Source: Candidatus Micrarchaeota archaeon
GTDB taxonomy: Archaea; Micrarchaeota; Micrarchaeia; Anstonellales; Bilamarchaeaceae
DNA length: 13,777 bases
Direction: 5' to 3'
Assembly: GCA_038046765.1 (NCBI GenBank)
Contig: JBBSVN010000014.1
Location: forward strand, 1 to 13,777
The position numbers and the translations under genes were made by a program. Under the pieces are notes generated by a model. It saw only the letters and a list, made by a program, of their open reading frames with translations, was not told the origin of the DNA and made no database searches. Positions 1 to 7,187 of this stretch are shown one piece after another; positions within the stretch are counted from its first letter, which is position 1; each line of letters begins with the position of its first letter.

Positions 1-82
1 TTACTTTGGCAAAGTAGACCATGAAGTTCTTTTAAAACATGGAATTGAATTTGCAGTTTATGCGTGTGAAATTGAATTATAA
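1..82 (+). CDS. Probable 3' end of a gene entering from the left (…YFGKVDHEVLLKHGIEFAVYACEIEL*), product unknown
   Basis: The frame starting at base 2 is open for 26 codons to TAA at 80-82 and has protein-like composition. Too short to assign a family; not in the ORF track. Confidence 0.45.
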   Translation, partial: YFGKVDHEVLLKHGIEFAVYACEIEL

Positions 83-95
83 AATCAAAACAGCT

Positions 96-256
96 ATGCC
101 AAAACAACTAAATAACGCACATTAATTGATTAGGGTCTACATCGAGGTTGTTTTGGTATTTAGAAAAATTATTTATGATTTTTCTAATACTTTAGAAAGA
201 CGATTCTTTCTAAAGATTTAGCGAACCAACATAATATGCATGAATTAGTTGGTTCG
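96..256 (+). repeat. Four consecutive inverted repeats (tandem hairpins); candidate structured RNA or 3' UTR
   Basis: CCAAAACAAC 99-108 / GTTGTTTTGG 147-156; TTAGAAAAAT 160-169 / ATTTTTCTAA 178-187; CTTTAGAAAGA 190-200 / TCTTTCTAAAG 205-215; CGAACCAAC 222-230 / GTTGGTTCG 248-256. Each pair is a perfect reverse complement. Confidence 0.75.
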
Positions 257-340
257 GTATAGTTATAAGGTAAAGTAGAGCGAATTCTTCTAGAAGTTAT
301 AAAAAAACATGACAAATAAGTGTACTACCCACCCCCATAC

Positions 341-463
341 TTCAAGTAATATATTATTGATATTTTTTTGTTTTATATAAATAATATAATAATAAATATA
401 ATGTATCTATAGATACATAACAACAAACAAAAAAATATTTTTATATAATAAATAATACTTGAA
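341..463. repeat. Large imperfect AT-rich inverted repeat enclosing an 18-bp perfect palindrome
   Basis: TTCAAGTA 341-348 / TACTTGAA 456-463; ATATTTTTTTGTTT 360-373 / AAACAAAAAAATAT 425-438; ATGTATCTATAGATACAT 401-418 is self-complementary. Confidence 0.7.
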
Positions 464-519
464 CTACACCCCCCTGTATGGTCAAGCTAGTGTTTTGAAA
501 GAACTTTTTTTCACATGTA

Positions 520-528
520 TTTTTAAAT
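520..528 (+). promoter_or_regulatory. Putative TATA box of the serine protease gene (probably leaderless)
   Basis: TTTTTAAAT lies 21-29 nt upstream of ATG 549; no ribosome-binding site is evident. Confidence 0.4.
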
Positions 529-548
529 TTTGTTCGTTTGGGTTATAC

Positions 549-2144
549 ATGCCTACTTGTCCTAAATGCTTAAAGAAGACAAAAAGTATGGAATTTTGTC
601 CGCACTGCGGTACGAGTCTGATCCAATCTAAACCAATTACTACTTCTATAGTAAGTCCGGGTAATCAACCTGCAAGCATGTCTGTTAGTTCAATTATCCT
701 GATCGTACTTATAACAATTATAATAATAGGAATTTTAGCTGTAATTGGAATCGGAAGTTTAGGTGCATTTTTGGTCTATTTAGGCATACAAGCAGAATCC
801 ACTAATGTACCAACTACCTTGAGTATGGATTTACCAGATACAATTATTACTAATACTACTGTTGCGATAAGTGCAGTTCTAATTGATTCAAATAAAAAAC
901 CTGTTTCAAACAAAACAATCATTTTTGATAATGGTATTAAATCAAAAGCCCTAACAGATACGCAAGGAGTTGCCAGATCTTATATGACTTTTAATGAAAC
1001 TGCTAAATATTTCGTTGTTGTTAAGTTTGAGGGTGATAAACAATATCTATCTTCATATGATTCAAAGAATGTAACAATCTCAAAACCATCCTGTTCTGAT
1101 TACACTTCTGTTGGATTGTGCTCATCTACGAATATAGGTTATATCTGTGCTCAAAATAAAAGTCTGGTATTTGACTGTTCTTCATGCGGTTGTACATCTG
1201 GTTTAGTTTGCTATGGAAATTATTGTATGACTGAAGAGCAGAAATCTGGTTGGGTAATTCAGGAATTACAACAAAGTGTAGTTTACGTTGCGCATGATTA
1301 TGCAACTGGTTCCGCAGTTATAATTAGTCAAGATGAAGACCGAACATATTTACTAACTAATAAACATGTTATCAAAGATGCACAGAGCATAACCAGTGTT
1401 AAAATTACAACTCGCGACCAGCAGACCATTTCCGTAGAAGATATCTTGGTTGCACCTTTTGATATGGATCTTGCGATAATTTCCGTCTTAGGTACTTACG
1501 GCAAGCCCGCTAAAATAAATTTATCCGCATCGATTTATCAGGGTGAATCGGTTGTTGCAATTGGTTCTCCTTTGGGAATCCAAGGAAGTGTATCTAATGG
1601 AATTATCTCTAATCTAGTCTACTACTCTACTCTCTCGAGCTATAAATACGATGCACTTCAAACAGATGCGGCTATAAATCCAGGAAATAGCGGGGGCGGG
1701 CTGTTCCTTAAATCTACTGGAGAATTAATTGGTATAAATACCTTTGTTCTTCCTTCTTCTTATGGTGCTGAAGGCTTAGGGTTTGCTATTGACGTGCGTT
1801 CTATAGACAAACTTCCATCTCCTAAAAACTGGAAACGATTTGTTCCATCTCCAAAATGCACTGATGGTACGCCCTTTTCTTCATGTTCGATTAAAAATAC
1901 GGGATTATTTTGTTCAAGCGGTACTTTAGTAAATGACTGTAGCTCTTGTGGTTGTGCTAAAGGTTCTTACTGTCCTAGTAGCGGAGTTTGTTTTAGTTGT
2001 TCTGCAGGGTATAGTGGTTTTGAGACCCGTGGTGGTACGGGTTTTTGTTGTCCAACTAACTGGAAATTTTATCAGGATTCTAATGATTTGCCTTTCTGCT
2101 GTCCCCAAGGTACCGTCGGGTATGAGGGCGGAACTTGCAGATAA
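549..2144 (+). CDS. Membrane-anchored trypsin-like (S1C/HtrA-like) serine protease: zinc ribbon, TM helix, Ig-like domain, Cys-rich repeats, no PDZ (531 aa)
   Basis: Catalytic-triad motifs LLTNKHV, DMDLAII and QTDAAINPGNSGG; N-terminal CPKC…CPHCG; long hydrophobic helix. Start moved from TTG 459 to ATG 549, where the zinc ribbon begins just downstream of a TATA-like box. Confidence 0.9.
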   Translation: MPTCPKCLKKTKSMEFCPHCGTSLIQSKPITTSIVSPGNQPASMSVSSIILIVLITIIIIGILAVIGIGSLGAFLVYLGIQAESTNVPTTLSMDLPDTIITNTTVAISAVLIDSNKKPVSNKTIIFDNGIKSKALTDTQGVARSYMTFNETAKYFVVVKFEGDKQYLSSYDSKNVTISKPSCSDYTSVGLCSSTNIGYICAQNKSLVFDCSSCGCTSGLVCYGNYCMTEEQKSGWVIQELQQSVVYVAHDYATGSAVIISQDEDRTYLLTNKHVIKDAQSITSVKITTRDQQTISVEDILVAPFDMDLAIISVLGTYGKPAKINLSASIYQGESVVAIGSPLGIQGSVSNGIISNLVYYSTLSSYKYDALQTDAAINPGNSGGGLFLKSTGELIGINTFVLPSSYGAEGLGFAIDVRSIDKLPSPKNWKRFVPSPKCTDGTPFSSCSIKNTGLFCSSGTLVNDCSSCGCAKGSYCPSSGVCFSCSAGYSGFETRGGTGFCCPTNWKFYQDSNDLPFCCPQGTVGYEGGTCR

Positions 2145-2226
2145 TATTTTGATTCTTTACTTTCTTGTCAATGCTTATACTGCTTCTTTAAATAACTTTA
2201 TAAATTGTCGCAAATACTAATTAATT

Positions 2227-2793
2227 ATGGCAGAAGACAAAACTAGAGGATCTCCCAGACTACTTCTTGCTCTGTTGCCCGAAGTTCAAAGAATCAGTCA
2301 ACCTCCACATCAATCTCGTGTAACTTTGAGTAGATCGCAGGAACTTTTATATCGGAAAGTTTTACCCGAAGATATTATGTCTAAAACTAATATTGTTGCT
2401 GCCGAACAAAGAGCCCAAACTAAACATCCGCGCACTACTCGTTACCTAATCCATAAAAATACCTCTTCAAAAGTTGAATTTACGGTTGTGCTGGGTGGAC
2501 CGAGTATTGATCACGTCGCCCCTCTTTGGAAAAGACAAAATTATATTCCTCTTGGGCCATGCGTTCGTTTCTTTCCCCCTCGATTAGCAAAAAAATCTTT
2601 TAGAATTTCTATTCCTTCTGGTCCAGTTCATATCGATTCGTTATGTAATGGCACTTTACACCTAGATTGTTCTGGTTTCTTACCTGGGGATGCTATTCTT
2701 TTTGAATCAAAAGGTGTTTGCGAATTTGACTCTCTTTATGGATCAAGCAGGCATTTCTTCACTAGCTGGAATTTAATTGTTGGTTCTAAATAA
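2227..2793 (+). CDS. Hypothetical protein (188 aa)
   Basis: ATG-started ORF that fills the gap between the protease and the convergent acdA stop, with T-ending codon bias like the other + strand genes. No recognisable motif. Confidence 0.6.
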   Translation: MAEDKTRGSPRLLLALLPEVQRISQPPHQSRVTLSRSQELLYRKVLPEDIMSKTNIVAAEQRAQTKHPRTTRYLIHKNTSSKVEFTVVLGGPSIDHVAPLWKRQNYIPLGPCVRFFPPRLAKKSFRISIPSGPVHIDSLCNGTLHLDCSGFLPGDAILFESKGVCEFDSLYGSSRHFFTSWNLIVGSK

Positions 2794-2806
2794 TTCTAGG
2801 GAAAAT

Positions 2807-4189
2807 TTACGTTCTTTTCCTAAATTTCGCATATTCTGCTAGTTTACTAATTGCTTTAATTGCCTGTAACGGATAAGCATAAGCAGGAACTCCGGATCCT
2901 TCCAAATATCTTCTAAAACTATCTGCGTAATTTCCTCCAATACAAACAACTGCTATTGGTTTTCTTCGGTCATCACTTGCTTTTATTAAAACTTTTAAAA
3001 TTCGTTCATCAATTGCGGGGGTTTGAGGTAACATGATTATGCAAATTGCATCTACATTTTTGTCTTGCATCAATATCTCTATAGATTTTTCGTAAGCACT
3101 TGAGTCTGCTTCAGCAATTAAATCAAGGGGATTGTTTACGCTCCCATAATCTGGTAAAATTTTCTTAAGTTCCAGTTTGCTTTTTTCTTCAAAATCAGCT
3201 AACGGCAGTCCGATCTCTTCTGCATTGTCCGTTGCAAGAATTCCTGGTCCGCCCCCATTGGTTACAATTGCAATCTTATTTCCATTTGGGAGTGGTTGTG
3301 AAAACATTCTTACAAAATCAAATAACTCTTCTAAGTTTTGCGCTTCAATAACTTTTGCCTGCCTAAATGCTGCCGTATACGCCATCGCACTTCCAGCAAT
3401 ATTTCCAGTATGGGACAAAGCTGCTTTTGCGCTTTTTGAGTGCTTTCCTGCTTTTAGTATTATTACTGGTTTTTTCTTGTTTACTCTTTTTATTGTTTCA
3501 AAAAATCTCCTTCCGTCTTTTACTCCTTCGATATATGCGATAATTGCTTTTGTTTTTTTGTCCTGTTCTAAGTATTCTAGTAAATCGCTCTCATCTATAT
3601 TTGTTGCATTTCCGTAAGAAACAAATTTTGCAATCCCGACCCCGTAATGCGCGGCAGTATCAATGATTGTTGAACCAACCCCTCCACTTTGCGTAATAAA
3701 TGATATGTCTCCAGGACGAGGACGCTCTAATTTATACATTGGTAAAAATACGCTGTCTACTCGATTGTATGGGTTATAAACTCCTAAACAATTCGCTCCT
3801 ATTATCGCAATGTTGTTTTTGTTCGCAATTTTTCTTACTTCCTCTTCAAGATCATTTCGTCCTGCTTCAGCAAACCCGCTCGTAAGTAAAACAACTCCTG
3901 GAATTTTTTTCTTTGCACACTGGTTTAGTATTGCAGGTACTGTTTCCGCGGGAGTTACAATTATTGCGCAATCTACTCTATCCTTTATCTTTGTCACATC
4001 AGAAAAACATTTTTGTTTGAAGATTTTATTGTGTTTTGGATTTACGGGATAAACTTTTCCAGCAAAGCTTCCATCAATTAAATTTTTTAGTATAATTGTT
4101 CCAAGCTTCCCTGGTTTTTCACTAGCGCCTATTATTGCAATGTTTCTTGGCTCGAAAATGAATTTTAAATTCTGGACTTTTTTTTGCAT
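2807..4189 (-). CDS. acdA: Acetate--CoA ligase (ADP-forming) alpha subunit
   Basis: CoA-binding N-terminus (IAIIGASEKPGKLG, YPVNP), GANCLG, ITQSGG, SYGN, YIEGVKDGRRF, phospho-His motif ALSHTG, TNGGGPG, NPLDL. GGAGG ribosome-binding site upstream. Confidence 0.93.
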   Translation of the reverse strand: MQKKVQNLKFIFEPRNIAIIGASEKPGKLGTIILKNLIDGSFAGKVYPVNPKHNKIFKQKCFSDVTKIKDRVDCAIIVTPAETVPAILNQCAKKKIPGVVLLTSGFAEAGRNDLEEEVRKIANKNNIAIIGANCLGVYNPYNRVDSVFLPMYKLERPRPGDISFITQSGGVGSTIIDTAAHYGVGIAKFVSYGNATNIDESDLLEYLEQDKKTKAIIAYIEGVKDGRRFFETIKRVNKKKPVIILKAGKHSKSAKAALSHTGNIAGSAMAYTAAFRQAKVIEAQNLEELFDFVRMFSQPLPNGNKIAIVTNGGGPGILATDNAEEIGLPLADFEEKSKLELKKILPDYGSVNNPLDLIAEADSSAYEKSIEILMQDKNVDAICIIMLPQTPAIDERILKVLIKASDDRRKPIAVVCIGGNYADSFRRYLEGSGVPAYAYPLQAIKAISKLAEYAKFRKRT

Positions 4190-4220
4190 TTTTGCTACCT
4201 CCGTTTACCTACTAAATTCG

Positions 4221-4844
4221 CTAAATAAATCTCACATCAACTACGTCTGCTCCTTTGTCGTCAAAAATTATTGGATTAATGTCTAACTCTTTTAAATCTT
4301 CTTTGATCAGCATTTTTGAAACTTTTAGCATAATTTCTTTTAGCGTTTTTATATTGACTCCTTTTTGCCCCCGTACTCCGCGTATTAGTGGGTGTGCTTT
4401 AAGTTCGTTTATCATTTCTTCTACGTCTTGTTCGGTTATCGGGCAAAGCCTTGCAGTTATGTCTTTAAAGACTTCAACATATACTCCGCCAAAACCTAAG
4501 ATTATCATGTGCCCAAACTGGGCATCTTTCTTGCCTCCAATAATTAGTTCAATTCCTTTTCTAGCCATTTTTTGGACTAAAAAACCAGATATGTTTAAAT
4601 CGTGCGTTCTTATTGCTTCGTTAAATTCCCGAAATGCCAGTTTTACCCCTACATGATTTTTTATGTTTATTTTTACGCCCCCAACTTCCGTTTTGTGGCT
4701 TGCCTGGGGTGAAATTATTTTCAGTGCTACTGGGTACCCTAGTTTTTCAGCTGCTTCGATTGCTGTTTTTTCATCCTTAGCGATAAAATAAGGGATTGGC
4801 GATATGCCATATTTTTTAAGAAGAGCGAATTCTTTTAGTTCCAT
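4221..4844 (-). CDS. acdB: Acetate--CoA ligase (ADP-forming) beta subunit, ATP-grasp
   Basis: GYPVALKIISP, HKTEVGGV, LVQKM, ELIIG, FGGVYVEVFKD, ELDINP. Lies directly upstream of and co-oriented with the alpha subunit. Confidence 0.92.
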   Translation of the reverse strand: MELKEFALLKKYGISPIPYFIAKDEKTAIEAAEKLGYPVALKIISPQASHKTEVGGVKINIKNHVGVKLAFREFNEAIRTHDLNISGFLVQKMARKGIELIIGGKKDAQFGHMIILGFGGVYVEVFKDITARLCPITEQDVEEMINELKAHPLIRGVRGQKGVNIKTLKEIMLKVSKMLIKEDLKELDINPIIFDDKGADVVDVRFI

Positions 4845-4969
4845 CTAGGATAAGATTACTTTTAGATTTAAAAAGATAAAGGTTAACTGTGTCTTACTGA
4901 TAAATCTCTAAGTTTCGCCGACTTTATTGGCAGAGTTAGTTAACTGTTGCGTCTTTGTTCAAGGTGTAC

Positions 4970-6355
4970 TTATCTAATTCGTCCAATTATCTGTTTTATC
5001 TGTGCGTAAAAGTAATCAAACTTTTCTTTTTCCTTATTTTCTTCAATAACTGTCGTGGTTCCCCCGCCCGTGGCTGAACCTTCAAATATACTACTTTTCA
5101 AATCTGCCCACGTGAAATTTCCCGTTGACCGAGACGTATTTCTTTCCAGAGTTACTGATCTTCGTTTTCCATCCATCGATTTATCATAAGACAAGTCAAA
5201 CTTAGTGTAATCTCTGTCTCTCCAATAAATTTTGGCACTAACGATTTCGTCATCCGCTAATTCTGCAATTACAAAAAGTTTAGAGTTGTAAGCCTTTATT
5301 ATATTCGTTCCTTGCAAATTTCTAAGCATTGTCCAGTTTTCCTGCGTCTTCTCGGTTTTAAGTCCGGTTACGGTATTAGAAAAAAGTTGATCTATTTCCG
5401 GATACATTTTCATTTCCGGGATTCTTCTAAAACATTCTAATTGTGCCGTCTCTGCATTGCTACAAAAAACTTTTGTTGCCCATAAATATACTCTTTCCCA
5501 TGCAGTCGCATTATGGCTCGGAGTGGTGTCCATATCCCCTTCGGATTCTGCCATGCTTGGTTTGCTTTTACGTGAAAGTATTTTATTTAATCTAGCTTCA
5601 AGGTCGTCATTGCTACTTTTGTGTACGAATTCATATGCTTTTTCAATGTCATAATCAAAACCAATGATCGATAAGTGCATTAACATTCTTGCAACCGCAT
5701 GGCGCGGGGCTTGATTCGGTTGTAATTTTTTAAACTTTTCCAAAATTTCGTCAACACTTTGCAATTGTGTATATTCTTTGTGCTTGTTGTACCTGTATTG
5801 TCCAAAAGCATTTTCGAAGATTGCGAGCCCGAGCCACAAGTCGTGTTCTTCGCCAAATTTCTTCGCTGCAGTTGCTTCAAATAATGTTGCTTCAAGTTCA
5901 TGGAAAACCTGTTGCTTTGTTGTTATGTACTTTATCAATCTCATTTTTGCCATGAAATGTCCTTGTTCATGAAAATAAGTTCCGATTAGTTTTATGTTTG
6001 CAAAACTTAGTTTATCCTCTGTTCTTTTATTTGCGTCAAGATCTCGTTTATCGAGCACCATATCTAATCCGCGCATGCAACCGTTTGATTGGCTCCCACA
6101 GAACACGGAAGGTTCACTGCTAAAATTTATTGCATCTACGCTCATTGTTCGTTCGCCGCTTATTTCTTCCAGCATTGGGTTTAATTTTTCCAATTGTTTC
6201 TTGCCTTTAATGCTTAATCCAAACGTGTACTTATCAATTTGTGGTTCTTTTTCTCTGTACTGGCTGTATGGGATACAACTTGCAACCGTACTTGCAATTC
6301 CGATTGCCAGAAATGTTTTTTGCATGCTTCGATAAATTCTTTTATGAATCATCAT
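4970..6355 (-). CDS. Hypothetical lipoprotein with gluzincin-like HExxH…E motif (putative zinc metallopeptidase)
   Basis: 461-aa ORF with basic N-region, hydrophobic stretch and lipobox-like VASC; YFHEQGH followed 20 residues later by ELEATLF. TATTTAAATA on the minus strand about 22-31 nt upstream of ATG 6355. Confidence 0.65.
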   Translation of the reverse strand: MMIHKRIYRSMQKTFLAIGIASTVASCIPYSQYREKEPQIDKYTFGLSIKGKKQLEKLNPMLEEISGERTMSVDAINFSSEPSVFCGSQSNGCMRGLDMVLDKRDLDANKRTEDKLSFANIKLIGTYFHEQGHFMAKMRLIKYITTKQQVFHELEATLFEATAAKKFGEEHDLWLGLAIFENAFGQYRYNKHKEYTQLQSVDEILEKFKKLQPNQAPRHAVARMLMHLSIIGFDYDIEKAYEFVHKSSNDDLEARLNKILSRKSKPSMAESEGDMDTTPSHNATAWERVYLWATKVFCSNAETAQLECFRRIPEMKMYPEIDQLFSNTVTGLKTEKTQENWTMLRNLQGTNIIKAYNSKLFVIAELADDEIVSAKIYWRDRDYTKFDLSYDKSMDGKRRSVTLERNTSRSTGNFTWADLKSSIFEGSATGGGTTTVIEENKEKEKFDYFYAQIKQIIGRIR

Positions 6356-6403
6356 GTTATAATAAGTGTTACGTTGTATTTAAATAACTTGACATACCTC
6401 CAC

Positions 6404-6418
6404 CGAAAACCTTTTATA
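6404..6418 (+). promoter_or_regulatory. BRE + TATA promoter of the toxin-antitoxin operon
   Basis: CGAAAACCTTTTATA: purine-rich BRE followed by TTTTATA, the standard archaeal layout. GGTGAG ribosome-binding site at 6443-6448. Confidence 0.6.
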
Positions 6419-6451
6419 CTTGCACGCACATATTATACGTACGGTGAGAAA

Positions 6452-6679
6452 ATGGTTAATATGACACTATCTATTCCAGAAGAGCTTTACAAGCGAATTA
6501 AAGATAACACTTCTATTAATTGGAGCGATCTAGCCAGGCATGCCTTTGAAGATTACTTAAATAAAATCGATCTAGCTAATAAAATCTCTAATACTAGTGA
6601 GTTAACAGAGCAGGATGTCTTAGAAATAGGAGAACTGATCAAGGAAAGAGCATGGAAACGACATATGAAGAAAGGCTAA
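6452..6679 (+). CDS. vapB: Ribbon-helix-helix antitoxin, VapB/CopG-like (75 aa)
   Basis: MVNMTLSIPEELYKRIK…INWSDLARHAF is an RHH pattern common in archaeal antitoxins. Start moved to ATG 6452, after GGTGAG; overlaps the downstream PIN gene. Confidence 0.85.
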   Translation: MVNMTLSIPEELYKRIKDNTSINWSDLARHAFEDYLNKIDLANKISNTSELTEQDVLEIGELIKERAWKRHMKKG

Positions 6680-7101
6680 GATTGGTTATTGATGCAAACA
6701 TAGTTATCTCTGCCTATCTGAAAGATTCAATAACCCGCAAGTTACTTCTGCACCCTCACGTTAAGGTTTTGATTGCGGACTACAATATAAATGAATTTTT
6801 ATATTACAAACCACTAATCATGAAAAAAACTAAATATTCGGGTGAACAATTTCAGGTTTTGTCTGATTTAATTCTTCCTAAAATAACTTCCGTACCAGAA
6901 ACTTTTTATTCGAAAAATATAAATGAAGCTAAGAAACTTATTGAGCACATCGATGAAAAGGATGTTCCCGTTGTGGCATTAGCCTTGTCTATAAAAAATA
7001 ATGGGATCTGGACTTACGACCAACATTTTGAATCTGTTAAAACTGTTTTTAAAATATGGTCTACTCGTGAAGTTACTAAAGAAATATTTTATTCCGATTG
7101 A
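6652..7101 (+). CDS. vapC: PIN-domain ribonuclease toxin, VapC-like
   Basis: LVIDANIVISA, INEF, IDEKDVPVVALAL and IWTYDQHF supply the four acidic PIN residues. Exact start uncertain (ATG 6652 or TTG 6682). Confidence 0.88.
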   Translation: METTYEERLRLVIDANIVISAYLKDSITRKLLLHPHVKVLIADYNINEFLYYKPLIMKKTKYSGEQFQVLSDLILPKITSVPETFYSKNINEAKKLIEHIDEKDVPVVALALSIKNNGIWTYDQHFESVKTVFKIWSTREVTKEIFYSD

Positions 7102-7187
7102 TTAATGCTATGAATTATTTTTTGTATGGCCCATAAAAATACTAAACCTAGTTATACTTTAGTGAAGTTTAGTTATCTATCAAGGGA

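Noticed and set aside
96..300. Possible degenerate CRISPR array in the hairpin cluster
   Set aside because: The stems differ in sequence and there is no repeat-spacer periodicity.
459..548. N-terminal extension of the protease ORF from TTG 459
   Set aside because: It overlaps the inverted repeat and TATA-like box; the zinc ribbon begins at ATG 549.
1926..2220. ORFs 1926-2108 (-) and 1933-2220 (+)
   Set aside because: Alternate-frame shadows of the protease's Cys-rich tail; the Val- or Thr-rich content follows from TGT/GGT codons read out of frame.
3177..4656. + strand ORFs 3177-3617, 3700-3885, 3810-4052 and 4255-4656
   Set aside because: Antisense shadows of the well-supported acdA and acdB genes.
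4882..4955. GTTAACTGT direct repeat and a weak GCCGA/TTGGC hairpin upstream of acdB
   Set aside because: Only two short copies and a 5-bp stem; could be regulatory but cannot be told from chance.
5457..6335. Short ORFs within the metallopeptidase-like gene (5457, 5680, 5767, 5778, 5994)
   Set aside because: Nested in a longer ORF; no motifs or expression signals.
6239..6451. N-terminal extension of the antitoxin ORF
   Set aside because: It overlaps the divergent gene and the promoter; the true start is ATG 6452 after GGTGAG.
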